Shown here one piece after another: positions 53,596 to 64,000 of a DNA stretch of 64,000 nt (position 1 is its first letter; each line of letters opens with the position of its first letter). Position numbers and translations under genes: made by a program. This DNA comes from Escherichia phage vB_EcoM_G2469: sequence record MK327934.1. One strand, given 5' to 3'. The notes under the pieces were generated by a model, which saw only the letters and a program-made list of their open reading frames with translations, was not told the origin of the DNA and ran no database searches.

Positions 53596-54221
53596 TATAG
53601 TAACTCAAAGAATTCTTTGAGGCCTCGTATTGTGTGAACGTGTGACGCCCCACATTTGGGACATTTAATAGGGGTTGCCAGATAAATTGATGGCGACACC
53701 AAAAGATTTTTAATATTGATTATGTCATCTTCTGTTATAAGGCCATAAAGGTCGTTTATTTCTGCTTCAGTTAAATCTTCAACAGGGATGGACTCTCCAT
53801 TGACAAAAACAGCCTCAATACATGAAGCAATCATTAATGCGATATTTTTATCATCAAATAATTTAGGTTGACGGAACTTAATTTTAATACCACTAAACGA
53901 ATACCAGGGATCGGCCTGTTCATCTAATTGAGTGTGCAATAAATTCATATAGACTTGAAATGAATGCCCACAGGAACAATTCCAGGTGTGTTCTTGATTC
54001 ACTTCACCTAATGAATGTGCCCAAAGATTTACCAACAATAACTCGGCTTCTTGTTTAGTCAAGTTTTTAGCATTAGAGCAATTAGTGATAATATTGTTCA
54101 CTGCGGATTCAATAGTACCGGTAGCCCGCGCACCTATGAGTCCTAAATATTCTTTTAAAGTAAAGGCTCTACAATTCACTTCTTTATCGCCTAAACGTAC
54201 TGTAAACGTATATTTGTACAT
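53595..54221 (-). CDS. 26: baseplate hub subunit gp26
   Basis: 208 aa, synteny; late promoter at 54240..54247. Confidence 0.9.
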   Translation of the reverse strand: MYKYTFTVRLGDKEVNCRAFTLKEYLGLIGARATGTIESAVNNIITNCSNAKNLTKQEAELLLVNLWAHSLGEVNQEHTWNCSCGHSFQVYMNLLHTQLDEQADPWYSFSGIKIKFRQPKLFDDKNIALMIASCIEAVFVNGESIPVEDLTEAEINDLYGLITEDDIINIKNLLVSPSIYLATPIKCPKCGASHVHTIRGLKEFFELL

Positions 54222-54239
54222 GTTAACTCCTTTATTGTG

Positions 54240-54251
54240 TATTTATAAATA
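54240..54251. promoter_or_regulatory. overlapping divergent late promoters for gene 26 (minus) and gene 51 (plus)
   Basis: TATTTATAAATA holds TATAAATA on both strands, offset by 4 bp. Confidence 0.6.
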
Positions 54252-54268
54252 ATAGAAAAGGAGTAATT

Positions 54269-55021
54269 ATGGCTAATATAATTCGTTGTAAATTACCGGA
54301 TGGTGTTCATCGTTTCAAGCCGTTCACCGTAGCGGATTATAGAGACTTTTTACTAGTTAGAAATGATATCGAACATCGTTCGCCACAAGAACAAAAAGAA
54401 ATAATTGCCGATCTGATTGATGATTATTTTAACGAATACCCTAAAACATGGCAACCATTTATATTCCTGCAAGTTTTTGCAGGCTCTATAGGCAAAACAA
54501 AAGTTCCCGTTATTTTCACTTGCCCTAAATGCTCTAAAGAAAAAACTACACCATTTGAGATATATCAAAAAGAACTAGTCGAACCTGAACTTGATGTTGC
54601 TGGTATAAAAATACGTTTTTCTTTCCCTGAAAAGTTTTATGACAACAAAGCATTAATGATAAGTGAAAACATAAAAGAAATATATTATAATGACGAATGG
54701 TACCCATGGAATGATTTGACTGAAGAGAACCAAATCCAAGTAATAGAAGCAATAGACATTGACTCGCTCGAGAAGGTTATTGCTTCTATGAATCCTATTA
54801 ATTTGACCCTTAGATTAGGATGTTGTGAACGACATGTTAAAACATATACTGATATCTTAGAGGTTTTTAAATTGTTAGTTAACCCTGATGAGATTTTTAC
54901 ATTCTATCAGATAAACCATTCACTGGTAAAGAGTCAATACACATTGGATTCTATTATGCAAATGATTCCTGTTGAACGTGGTATTGCTTTAACATTAGTA
55001 GAAAAGGACCATAAAAAATGA
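54269..55021 (+). CDS. 51: baseplate hub assembly catalyst gp51
   Basis: 250 aa, divergent from gene 26. Confidence 0.9.
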   Translation: MANIIRCKLPDGVHRFKPFTVADYRDFLLVRNDIEHRSPQEQKEIIADLIDDYFNEYPKTWQPFIFLQVFAGSIGKTKVPVIFTCPKCSKEKTTPFEIYQKELVEPELDVAGIKIRFSFPEKFYDNKALMISENIKEIYYNDEWYPWNDLTEENQIQVIEAIDIDSLEKVIASMNPINLTLRLGCCERHVKTYTDILEVFKLLVNPDEIFTFYQINHSLVKSQYTLDSIMQMIPVERGIALTLVEKDHKK

Positions 55022-56190
55022 AAGTATTCCAACGTCCAGGATATCCTAACTTAAGCGTTAAATTATACCAAGATTATTCGGCTTGGCAAGAAAATAGATA
55101 CGTTGAACTCGCGGCAACAATAACAACTTTAACCATGCGAGATTCGCTATATGGAAGAAATGAAGGGATTCTTCAATTTTATGACACTAAAAACATCCAC
55201 ACTAAAATGGACGGTAGACAGATAGTTCAAATCTCTGTTTCAAATTCAAACACACCTCTCCAAGTTAGAACTCGAATTTATGGATGTAGACATTATTCTG
55301 TGTCTGTGGACTCAAAAGGTGACAATATTATTGCAATTGAGCTTGGAACAATACATTCTATAGAGAACCTTAAATTTGGGCGTCCATTCTTCCCGGACGC
55401 AGGCGAATCTATACGTGAAATGTTAGGTGTCATATACAAAGACCGTGCGTTAATTACTCCGCCAATAAACACTATTAATGCTTATGTTCCTGATATCCCT
55501 TGGACAAGCACATTTGATGATTATTTGGCATATGTCAGAGAATTAGGACTTGCTACAGCGAGTGATAAGTTCGTATTCGTATGGCAAGATATTTTAGGCG
55601 TAAACATGATTGACTACGATACTCTTATTGGTCAGGAAGGCATTAAGATGGTTGTAGGTGAGCCAAATACTGTAGGTCAGTATATTCAAGAGCTTGAGTA
55701 TCCATTAGTATGGGATTTTACCTGGATGACTAAAGCCAACCAATTTACAAGAGACCCTATTAAAAACGCCACAATATTCGCCCATTCATTTTTAGATACA
55801 TCTATTCCGGTTATTGTTACAGGCGACGGTGATAATGCTATTGTTGTGTCAAGATCCGGTGGATATTCCGAAATGACCTATCGTAATGGATTTGAAGAAG
55901 CAAGTCGTCTTCAGACAATGGCTCAATATGACGGATATGCTAAATGCACTACTACAGGCAATTTTAACATAACTCCTGCTACTAAAATTATATTTGTTGA
56001 CCAAAAGAACCAATTCAAATCCGAATTTTACGTGGATGAAGTTATTCATGAGTTATCAAATAACAACTCACAAACTCATCTGTACATGTTTACCAACTCA
56101 ATGGTGTTAGAACCTGTTAACCCAGTTAAGGTTAAAAATGAACTTAAATCTGATTCTACCTCTAAAGAAAATAATTCTACCACAGTCTAA
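55018..56190 (+). CDS. 27: baseplate hub subunit gp27
   Basis: 390 aa, synteny. Confidence 0.94.
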   Translation: MKVFQRPGYPNLSVKLYQDYSAWQENRYVELAATITTLTMRDSLYGRNEGILQFYDTKNIHTKMDGRQIVQISVSNSNTPLQVRTRIYGCRHYSVSVDSKGDNIIAIELGTIHSIENLKFGRPFFPDAGESIREMLGVIYKDRALITPPINTINAYVPDIPWTSTFDDYLAYVRELGLATASDKFVFVWQDILGVNMIDYDTLIGQEGIKMVVGEPNTVGQYIQELEYPLVWDFTWMTKANQFTRDPIKNATIFAHSFLDTSIPVIVTGDGDNAIVVSRSGGYSEMTYRNGFEEASRLQTMAQYDGYAKCTTTGNFNITPATKIIFVDQKNQFKSEFYVDEVIHELSNNNSQTHLYMFTNSMVLEPVNPVKVKNELKSDSTSKENNSTTV

Positions 56191-56671
56191 TAAAAAGGTA
56201 ATGATTCCTAAATTAGGGCTCAAACATTATAATCTTTTAAAGGACGTTAAAGGTCCTGATGAAAATATGAAAATCTTAGCTGATTCTATTTGTAAAAATA
56301 TGAGTCCCGCAGATTTTGATTTTGCATGTCTACACATATTGGAATTTAATAACAAACTTAAGTCTGAAGTTGAAAAAGACGGATTCACGTATAAACTAGA
56401 TGACGTCTATGTATGCCAACGAACAGAATTCCAATTCCAAGGCAATACTTTTTATTTTAGACCTCCAGGCAAATTTGAGCAATTCGCTACAATCAGTGAA
56501 ATGCTATCAAATTGCTTAATAAAAGTTAATGACGAAGAGAAAGAAATTTCTTTCCTTGAGATGCCTGCTTTTGTAATCAAATGGGCAGAAGACCTTTCGA
56601 CAACTATTGCTATTCCAGGCCCCAATGGTCCTATTAAGGGTATAGCAGAAATTATTGGATTGCTTGAATGA
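56138..56671 (+). CDS. 28: baseplate hub distal subunit gp28
   Basis: [19 protein letters not shown]..., 177 aa; overlaps the gp27 3' end. Confidence 0.92.
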   Translation: MNLNLILPLKKIILPQSNKKVMIPKLGLKHYNLLKDVKGPDENMKILADSICKNMSPADFDFACLHILEFNNKLKSEVEKDGFTYKLDDVYVCQRTEFQFQGNTFYFRPPGKFEQFATISEMLSNCLIKVNDEEKEISFLEMPAFVIKWAEDLSTTIAIPGPNGPIKGIAEIIGLLE

Positions 56672-58440
56672 AACCTGAAGAAATGAAATCCATGCGTAGA
56701 AATAAGGTCATTGCCGATAATAAACCACAAAAAGTAGCTGCTGATGCAGCTACCGATTCATTAGAAGCATTGAATAACATTTCATCAAAACTAGACGATG
56801 TCCAAGCCGCGTCTGAACTCACATCACAAAGTGTAGAAGATAAAGGCAATGGAATTATTGAATCAATTGGAGACTTAAAGAATTCGACAGATAATACTGC
56901 TGAAGGCACAGAGCTTATCGCAGAAGTTATTGAAAAACAAACTGAAGTCACTAAAAGTATAAACGAAGTTTCTAGTGCAATAAGCTCTAAGTTAGACCGA
57001 TTAGCTACATTATTAGAGCAAAAATTACAAACATCTACCGCTATTCAAAATACAGGAGGCACCTCTCTTGAAGTAATTGAGAACGCAATACCTGTTAAAG
57101 TGGTTGAGAATGAAACTTCTGATGAGCTGTTTAAAGCATTCCCTACACCTGAAAAGATTGATAATAAGCCAGACGAAGATTTCTTCCCGGCTCCGGTTCA
57201 AGAAAGTGCTAATTCTACTTCCGATTCTAAAGGTGGAATTAGCTTTAAATTGAGCGATAAAATTGCAATGCTCACCAAAACAGTTCAAACCGGGTTTAAT
57301 AAATCAATATCAATTTCAGACAGAATTGCTGGAATGCTTTTCAAATACACTATAACGGCTGCTATTGAAGCAGCAAAAATGGCCGCACTTATTCTTGGTA
57401 TTGTTATCGGTATTGATTTATTGATAGTCCATTTCAAATATTGGACAGACAAGTTCACTTCTGCCTGGGATTTATTTGATGAAAACTTTACTAAATTCTC
57501 CGATGAAGCTAAAGAGTGGGGTAAATTCTTAAGTGATATATTCACTTCTATTGACTCGATAAAACAATTGTGGGAAGCTGGAGACTGGGGTGGTTTAACC
57601 GTTGCTATTGTCAAAGGTGTAGGAACAGCATTAATGAACTTAGGTGAACTAATTCAATTAGGAATGGCTAAACTCTCTGCGTCTATATTGCGTGCTATAG
57701 GTTTTGGCGATACCGCGGACGAAATAGAAGGACGTGCTTTGGAAGGATTCCAAGAAACTACTGGGAACAAATTAAAGAAAGAAGACCAAGAGAAAGTCGC
57801 TAAATATCAAATGAAGCGTGACGATGGGGAATTAGGAACCGTTTCTAAAGGTCTTGATATGCTACAACGCGGCAAAACATTCGTTACTAACTGGGTTCGT
57901 GGTAATGACAATAAAGAAGAGTTTAGTACAAGTGATGAGCGTGCTGCGGAATCGGCAAAATTAAAAGAGTTACCTGAAGAGGAGCGTAAAGAGGCATATA
58001 TAAAAGCTAATGAAACTCGTGCGGCACTGGTTAGATTTGAGGATTATATCGATAAAATCGATATGACTAATCCGGAAAATGCTAAAAACGTCGAGAAGTC
58101 TTATGCTGATTTAAGTAAACTTATTAAAGACCCTGAACTTAATAAAACTCCTGTTGTTAAAAAGGAATTAGATGCTAGATTTGAAAAGCTAAATAATAAA
58201 ATGGCTGAAGCCAAAAAGGCTCAGACAACAGTTAAGCCTGAATCTTCGTCTAAATCTCCGGAAGCAAAACAAGTTCAGTCAATAGAGAAAGGACGTGCTT
58301 CTGAATCTAAACAACAGCAACCGGTAGCGGCGATTAGTAACACAAATAATGTCGTCAAAAAGAATACCGTAGTCCAGAATATGACCCCTGTAACAAGTAC
58401 AACGGCTCCTGGAATTTTCCATGCCACCGGTGTTAATTAA
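56668..58440 (+). CDS. 29: baseplate hub subunit / tail length determinator gp29
   Basis: 590 aa, synteny. Confidence 0.94.
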   Translation: MKPEEMKSMRRNKVIADNKPQKVAADAATDSLEALNNISSKLDDVQAASELTSQSVEDKGNGIIESIGDLKNSTDNTAEGTELIAEVIEKQTEVTKSINEVSSAISSKLDRLATLLEQKLQTSTAIQNTGGTSLEVIENAIPVKVVENETSDELFKAFPTPEKIDNKPDEDFFPAPVQESANSTSDSKGGISFKLSDKIAMLTKTVQTGFNKSISISDRIAGMLFKYTITAAIEAAKMAALILGIVIGIDLLIVHFKYWTDKFTSAWDLFDENFTKFSDEAKEWGKFLSDIFTSIDSIKQLWEAGDWGGLTVAIVKGVGTALMNLGELIQLGMAKLSASILRAIGFGDTADEIEGRALEGFQETTGNKLKKEDQEKVAKYQMKRDDGELGTVSKGLDMLQRGKTFVTNWVRGNDNKEEFSTSDERAAESAKLKELPEEERKEAYIKANETRAALVRFEDYIDKIDMTNPENAKNVEKSYADLSKLIKDPELNKTPVVKKELDARFEKLNNKMAEAKKAQTTVKPESSSKSPEAKQVQSIEKGRASESKQQQPVAAISNTNNVVKKNTVVQNMTPVTSTTAPGIFHATGVN

Positions 58441-58448
58441 GGATTATT

Positions 58449-59558
58449 ATGATTAGTGTAAAAGAAATAGTAGTAGATGCAAAGGATTTAAATAAAGCAA
58501 TCCCAGTCTCAGAAAGTGCCGGGCAAAGCACTAAAACCGAAACAACTACTAAAACTTATGTTGCTCAATTTCCTACAGGAAGAGCAGCCGGAAATGACTC
58601 CACAGGAGACTTCCAGGTAACAGACCTTTATAAGAATGGATTATTATTTACCGCGTACAATATGTCTGCACGCGATTCAGGATCCCTCAGGAATTTACGT
58701 CCGGCATATGCCGGTACTTCATCTAATGGTATCATATCAGATTTAACTGATAATGTTAAAGATGCAGTGACTAAATTCTCTAATGGATTGCTTCCTGCCG
58801 GGGCTAATAAATCTACTATAAATAAAACTCCTGTTGCTAATATACTTTTGCCACGTTCCAAATCTGACGTCGATACAACTTCACATCGTTTTAATGATAT
58901 CGGTGATAGCCTTATTACTAAAGGTGGAGGTACTGCTACGGGTGTTTTAAGTAACATTGCTTCTACTGCAGTCTTTGGTGCATTAGATTCTATTACTCAA
59001 GGGCTTATGGCTGATAATAACGAACAGATTTATACGACTTCTCGTAGTATGTACGGTGGTGCTGAGAACCGTACCAAAGTCTTTACATGGGATTTAACTC
59101 CGCGTTCAACTGAAGACCTTATGGCTATTATAAACATTTACCAGTATTTTAACTATTTCTCATATGGTGAGACCGGTAAATCACAGTACGCCCAAGAGAT
59201 TAAAAGTTATTTAGACGAATGGTACCGTTCAACGTTTATTGAGCCTATGACACCTGACGATGCAGTAAAAAATAAGACATTGTTTGAAAAGATTACTGCG
59301 TCATTAACAAATGTATTAGTTGTAAGCAACCCTACAATTTGGATGGTTAAAAACTTTGGTTATACGTCTAAATTTGATGGATTAACTGACGTATTTGGTC
59401 CATGTCAAATTCAAAGCGTACGTTTTGATAAAACTCCAAATGGACAATTTAATGGTCTCGCTGTTGCTCCTAACTTACCATCAACATTTACGTTAGAGAT
59501 AACAATGCGAGAAATTATTACATTAAACCGTTCTTCACTTTATGCGGGGACTTTCTAA
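58449..59558 (+). CDS. 48: baseplate tail tube cap gp48
   Basis: 369 aa, synteny. Confidence 0.93.
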   Translation: MISVKEIVVDAKDLNKAIPVSESAGQSTKTETTTKTYVAQFPTGRAAGNDSTGDFQVTDLYKNGLLFTAYNMSARDSGSLRNLRPAYAGTSSNGIISDLTDNVKDAVTKFSNGLLPAGANKSTINKTPVANILLPRSKSDVDTTSHRFNDIGDSLITKGGGTATGVLSNIASTAVFGALDSITQGLMADNNEQIYTTSRSMYGGAENRTKVFTWDLTPRSTEDLMAIINIYQYFNYFSYGETGKSQYAQEIKSYLDEWYRSTFIEPMTPDDAVKNKTLFEKITASLTNVLVVSNPTIWMVKNFGYTSKFDGLTDVFGPCQIQSVRFDKTPNGQFNGLAVAPNLPSTFTLEITMREIITLNRSSLYAGTF

Positions 59559-60520
59559 TGTACTCTTTAGAAGAATTTAATAACCAAGCTATAAATGCAG
59601 ATTTCCAACGAAACAATATGTTTAGTTGTGTATTTGCTACTACACCATCGACTAAATCATCTTCACTAATTTCGTCAATTGGTAGTTTTGCTTATAGTAA
59701 CTTAGGGTTGGATTCCGATTGGCTAGGATTGTCTCAAGGTGATATCAATCAGGGCGTAACAACCCTGATTACAGCAGGAACACAGAAATTAATTCGAAAA
59801 TCAGGTGTAAGTAAATATCTGATTGGAGCAATGAGTCAACGTACGGTACAAAGCTTGTTAGGTGAGTTCACAGTAGGAACTTATCTGATAGACTTCTTCA
59901 ATATGGCATATAATAATACAGGTTTAATGATTTATTCTGTAAAAATGCCTGAGAACCGATTATCTTATGAAACGGATTTCAACTATAACTCCCCGAACAT
60001 CCGAATTACCGGCCGTGAAATGGACCCGTTAGTAATAAGCTTTAGAATGGATTCTGAAGCATCTAACTTTAGAGCAATGCAAGACTGGGTAAACTCAGTC
60101 CAAGACCCTGTAACAGGTCTTCGTGCTTTACCACAAGACGTCGAAGCAGATATTCAGGTTAATTTACATGCACGAAATGGTTTACCACATACCGCTGTTA
60201 TGTTCACCGGATGTATTCCTGTTAGCGTCTCTTCTCCTGAGTTAACGTATGATGGTGATAATCAGATAACAGTTTTTGATGTAACATTTGCTTATCGTGT
60301 TATGCAATCAGGTGCTGTAAATAGACAGGCTGCTTTAGAATGGCTGGAATCAGGACTTATTAGTAGTGTTTCAGGAATGTTTGGAAATAATCAGAATGAT
60401 TCTGGACTAGGAAGTGCAGTATCAAGACTTTCTAGATTAGGTGGGACTGCTGGTGGTGTGTCTAATATAAACACATTGACAGGTGTGGTGAATTCTGCGT
60501 CAAGAGTTTTAGGACTATAA
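59558..60520 (+). CDS. 54: baseplate tail tube initiator gp54
   Basis: 320 aa, synteny. Confidence 0.93.
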   Translation: MYSLEEFNNQAINADFQRNNMFSCVFATTPSTKSSSLISSIGSFAYSNLGLDSDWLGLSQGDINQGVTTLITAGTQKLIRKSGVSKYLIGAMSQRTVQSLLGEFTVGTYLIDFFNMAYNNTGLMIYSVKMPENRLSYETDFNYNSPNIRITGREMDPLVISFRMDSEASNFRAMQDWVNSVQDPVTGLRALPQDVEADIQVNLHARNGLPHTAVMFTGCIPVSVSSPELTYDGDNQITVFDVTFAYRVMQSGAVNRQAALEWLESGLISSVSGMFGNNQNDSGLGSAVSRLSRLGGTAGGVSNINTLTGVVNSASRVLGL

Positions 60521-60526
60521 GAAAAA

Positions 60527-60543
60527 GGGAGACGTTGTCTCCC
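60527..60543. terminator. bidirectional terminator between gene 54 and the alt-proximal ORF
   Basis: GGGAGACGTTGTCTCCC flanked by A5 and T-rich tracts. Confidence 0.7.
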
Positions 60544-60552
60544 TTTAGGGGT

Positions 60553-60846
60553 TTATTTACGGAATGAAAGGAATGCTGGTGCTCGGAATGGAGTATCATC
60601 TTTAGAGTATTTAACTAATACGACCATTGGTACCTCTGTTTCTAAATGACCTGTCACTACACCGATAAAAATTTGATCAGTGTGCTCAGGGTCACGAAAG
60701 TTTTTAAGAGGTTCCATAGCAATATGGAATGCACCTGGGAATACTCGATTCAATTCGTCAATCACAGCTTCGTTAAAAACATCATCCGCTGGGATAGCAT
60801 CTTCAACTACTAGTTCTTGACCATTAAAGCGAAGCATAGATTTCAT
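60553..60846 (-). CDS. small hypothetical protein downstream of alt
   Basis: 97 aa from the ATG at 60846 with GAGGAAAA SD; promoter at 60876..60905. Confidence 0.6.
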   Translation of the reverse strand: MKSMLRFNGQELVVEDAIPADDVFNEAVIDELNRVFPGAFHIAMEPLKNFRDPEHTDQIFIGVVTGHLETEVPMVVLVKYSKDDTPFRAPAFLSFRK

Positions 60847-60875
60847 AACGTTTTCCTCATGTTGTTGATGGGACA

Positions 60876-60905
60876 ATAGTATCACACATCCATGTGTTTG
60901 TAAAC
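60876..60905 (-). promoter_or_regulatory. sigma70-type early promoter
   Basis: GTTTAC-N18-TACTAT inside the 3' end of alt. Confidence 0.4.
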
Positions 60906-62992
60906 TATCCTTGGACAAATTTAAACGGAACTGATTCTAAATCCATTAAAGATGCTAACAATTTCAAACCTTTAGGTGCACTAGTTTTTTCTACAAATGA
61001 GGAGAACGATACCGGCTCAACTGATTCGATTTCACCCGTCATAGCAACCACCTCGCCTGTTTCCATGAGAACATCACCATCGTAAATGACAGCTTCATCT
61101 AACTGGTCTGAGGACATGACTTCAGCTTGAATAAATTTAAGGTTGGATTCTAAACCTGCACCAGTGTCAGATGACGCATCTGTAATTTTATTTATCTGCA
61201 AGAGAATGCCTCTAGGCAAAATAATTTCTTGCTCATTAGGGTGATTACTCAACTGTCCCGGATAAATCACGTTAACTTTATGGGCGCCATCAATAGCCCA
61301 TCCAACGTTAACACGGATTTGTTCTGGTGCATGCATAGCTGTTCTTACTTGACTAGGAGAAATAGTAACACCTTCGTCATTATTGTCAATGTTAAGCTCT
61401 TTGCGAACTTCTTCAGGAGCAAGTCCAAGGGCAACGTTCTCTTTAAACCCACCGAAAATAATAGGAGCTAGTGAAGTGGAAACATAGTTTCTGAAATAGA
61501 ATACCTTATTTTTAACCATTGCTTCGTAAATAGGCATTCTGATAGACTGAGCTCTATATAACGTTAGTCCTTCAGGTAAACGGTCTCCATTTAAAAACGC
61601 CGAATCAAGACCATCAATAGCGCGTTTAACTTCATCTTCATCTGCAACATCGTAAAAATCTGGTTTATAACGACCTAACAACATATTATTGATATCGGTA
61701 TACGCAGAAGAGGCATATTCACGAATAGCTCGTTTTTCAGCAACAGAGTATTGTTTAGGGTCCCGATTCATTGTTATATTAAAGGTGCCTCTAGCCGATT
61801 CTCGTGCATAAGTATACATCACATTAGACAAGAACGCTGATTTACGTTGTTTCCAAGTTTTTTCAGATACTTCAGCTAAAACATCGTCGGCCAGTTGGAA
61901 ATTATCACGTCTAAAATCTTCAAACCATTCGTCTTTAATAGAGTCTGCAATTTCATTTGCAGCTTCAACAAAAGCAGCTAATGCTTTAACAGATGTTGTT
62001 TTTTCAGTTTTAATTTTCTTAGCAAACTTTTCTAAAGTTGGCTTAATAACACTACCATAAGAAACTTCATCAGCAAATCTAAAGGATTCATCAATACGAT
62101 TATAAATCTTATTTTCGATATCAGCAACTAAAGTGCCTTTTGCTGTGGATGATGCTTGGGCCAGTACGATTTCATATGCTTCAGGAAGTAATTCGGCTGT
62201 AGCTGGGCCACTAACTTCTTTAGCAGAATTTTCGTATTTCTGGAATAACTCACCTTCTTGTCGGTCAGCTTCTAAAGATTGACTTGCTGCAATAGCACGA
62301 CGAGAAATTTTAGTACGAGCAATAACAGGCTTATCTTTACGTTTTTCTTCTACAGCAGCAATAGAACCAGCGATAGCCGTTTCTTTGGTGACCTTTTCGC
62401 CGGTCTTTTTACTCACATAAACTTCGCCAACATCAGAATCTACTTTCGTGTACAACTCTGTGTTAATGTTAGGGATGCCTTTAATATCTTCAATGTTGGC
62501 ATTTTTACGAACCATCATCACATAGGTGTGTTTACCTGTGAATTGATACATTGCCGACAATACTTTAAAACGACCACCGGTTTTAGTAGAAACTAAACGA
62601 GCAAGAAGAGTTTGAAGCTGCTGACCACGTCCTTTCAATTTCTTGGTAGGGAATCGGAACAGAACTGCATCCATACGAAGAGCTTTAACCTGTTCATATA
62701 CTGTATTGAAAATGGTGTTGATTGCATCAATAGGAGCAGGACCAAGGCCATTTTTCAATTCAGCGAGATTACCCTTTTCAGACAGACTCATAATAACAAC
62801 ATGAGCGTATTTGTCGCCAAGTTTAACTTGTTTTACGGCGTCGCCTTCGGAAAGGTAAGAGAATAAACGAACTACGATGTTTGTATCGATATCACCAATT
62901 TTCCAGACTTGTGGAACTTTAGCTTTAGGGTTCAAATTGACGACAGGAAGACTGCCTTCAGATTCAAACACTTCATTTAATTGTTCAGACAT
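60905..62992 (-). CDS. alt: ADP-ribosyltransferase Alt (packaged and injected)
   Basis: 695 aa; ART motifs R (LYRAQS), STS (YVSTSL), ExE-like (NEQEI); position after gene 54. Confidence 0.88.
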   Translation of the reverse strand: MSEQLNEVFESEGSLPVVNLNPKAKVPQVWKIGDIDTNIVVRLFSYLSEGDAVKQVKLGDKYAHVVIMSLSEKGNLAELKNGLGPAPIDAINTIFNTVYEQVKALRMDAVLFRFPTKKLKGRGQQLQTLLARLVSTKTGGRFKVLSAMYQFTGKHTYVMMVRKNANIEDIKGIPNINTELYTKVDSDVGEVYVSKKTGEKVTKETAIAGSIAAVEEKRKDKPVIARTKISRRAIAASQSLEADRQEGELFQKYENSAKEVSGPATAELLPEAYEIVLAQASSTAKGTLVADIENKIYNRIDESFRFADEVSYGSVIKPTLEKFAKKIKTEKTTSVKALAAFVEAANEIADSIKDEWFEDFRRDNFQLADDVLAEVSEKTWKQRKSAFLSNVMYTYARESARGTFNITMNRDPKQYSVAEKRAIREYASSAYTDINNMLLGRYKPDFYDVADEDEVKRAIDGLDSAFLNGDRLPEGLTLYRAQSIRMPIYEAMVKNKVFYFRNYVSTSLAPIIFGGFKENVALGLAPEEVRKELNIDNNDEGVTISPSQVRTAMHAPEQIRVNVGWAIDGAHKVNVIYPGQLSNHPNEQEIILPRGILLQINKITDASSDTGAGLESNLKFIQAEVMSSDQLDEAVIYDGDVLMETGEVVAMTGEIESVEPVSFSSFVEKTSAPKGLKLLASLMDLESVPFKFVQG

Positions 62993-63032
62993 AGAGTTTT
63001 CCTTTTAGTAATAATTTATATTTATGCCAAAA

Positions 63033-63048
63033 AGAGCCCGAAGGCTCT
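63033..63048 (-). terminator. rho-independent terminator
   Basis: AGAGCCUUCGGGCUCU followed by UUUUUGG on minus strand. Confidence 0.6.
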
Positions 63049-63236
63049 TAATCCACAATCGGGAGCAAAGTACGATAAACTTCAAAATTAGGGCCTTTTT
63101 CGTACTTATCAAAATTGTCCATAAAAATATGATAGGAATCGTTATTAGGAAAATCTAATATAATCTGAGAGCAAGAGGTGGAAACATCTCCACCATCCTT
63201 CTTAGCTACAATAACTGTTTCTAAATAAGCTTTCAT
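63048..63236 (-). CDS. small hypothetical protein
   Basis: ATG at 63236 overlaps the ligase stop (TAATG); the longer track ORF starts at 63257. Confidence 0.55.
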   Translation of the reverse strand: MKAYLETVIVAKKDGGDVSTSCSQIILDFPNNDSYHIFMDNFDKYEKGPNFEVYRTLLPIVD

Positions 63237-64000
63237 TATAAACCTGTCTGGGACCACGGTCCAAATACGTCTTCAAACGAATCCGCTTCTGTTTTATCAA
63301 AACGGAACCCTTTAATAATTGGGAGGAAAATACCCACAGTACCTTCACGGCCTTTAGAATGAACCCAACCATTACATTCACAATCAGCGATACGTCCAAT
63401 TAATTTACCTTCACGAGCTTCAGCCATTAATCGTTCACGGTCTAAATCATGACGCTCGTCTAAAGGAATAAGAACCTTTACACCGTCAACTGTTTTATGA
63501 GTTGTATCTTTAAAACCTGAACCACAATCGGTTGTAATACGACGACAACGTGATACGAGTTCGACACCACCTAATTTGTTAGGGTCTTTAGAGTGTTCAT
63601 AGTATCCTACAACTTCTAAAGCGATATCAATAACTTCTTTAAATTTAATTAGATTCTTAGAGCGTTTGTTTTCCCAATATGAATCACGGTTTTTAAGGAT
63701 AATACCTTCAAGACCTTGGTCAACATATTTTTTATAAACCACTTTAGCTTCGTCAAGATTACGAACTAACTGATTTTCAATTGGCTCAATTCGCTTAAAG
63801 CCTTCAGCCATATTTTCAAGAGCAGCAAAACGAACATCGTATTTCTGACCTTTAATTTTGCCATCAGAATAGACTTCATCTAAAGGAACATAGTCCCAGG
63901 CTTGAAGAACCATACCTTCCGCTTCTTTAGGAGAAATAGTCCCTTGAAGAGATTTATTTGCTAAACCATTTGAAGTGCTACGGTCTGCAACTTGTACTTC
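63236..64000 (-). CDS. 30: DNA ligase, C-terminal part (5' end beyond window)
   Basis: CECNGW, FLPI and FEDVFG motifs as in T4 DNA ligase C-terminus; frame open to 64000. Confidence 0.85.
   Translation of the reverse strand, partial: EVQVADRSTSNGLANKSLQGTISPKEAEGMVLQAWDYVPLDEVYSDGKIKGQKYDVRFAALENMAEGFKRIEPIENQLVRNLDEAKVVYKKYVDQGLEGIILKNRDSYWENKRSKNLIKFKEVIDIALEVVGYYEHSKDPNKLGGVELVSRCRRITTDCGSGFKDTTHKTVDGVKVLIPLDERHDLDRERLMAEAREGKLIGRIADCECNGWVHSKGREGTVGIFLPIIKGFRFDKTEADSFEDVFGPWSQTGL

Overview
This window is a T4-like (Tevenvirinae) myovirus genome segment, read from the six-frame translations and motifs only; no database search was run, and T4 comparisons are from memory. Left part (1-14.5 kb, minus strand) is an early 'hyperplastic' region: lysozyme e, Nudix hydrolase nudE, endonuclease V denV, many small hypothetical genes behind sigma70-type promoters, two tRNA genes, 57A/57B-like genes and dNMP kinase. 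The centre (14.6-46.9 kb) is the conserved late morphogenesis block: genes 3, 2, 4, 53, 5 to 12, wac, 13 to 24. The right part carries rnlB, hoc, inh, uvsW, uvsY, baseplate hub genes 25-26-51-27-28-29-48-54, alt and the 3' part of DNA ligase. The main hunt result is seven ORFs that all begin with the capsid-targeting-sequence motif MK[TM][YF]xEF[IL]xE, i.e. an expanded set of candidate injected internal proteins, only two of which look like known IPII/IPIII. Other leads are a tandem trio of small paralogs with a conserved C-terminal WV[SA]SSxxC tail, repeated promoter/stem-loop cassettes including a 47-bp exact repeat, and non-canonical tRNAs.
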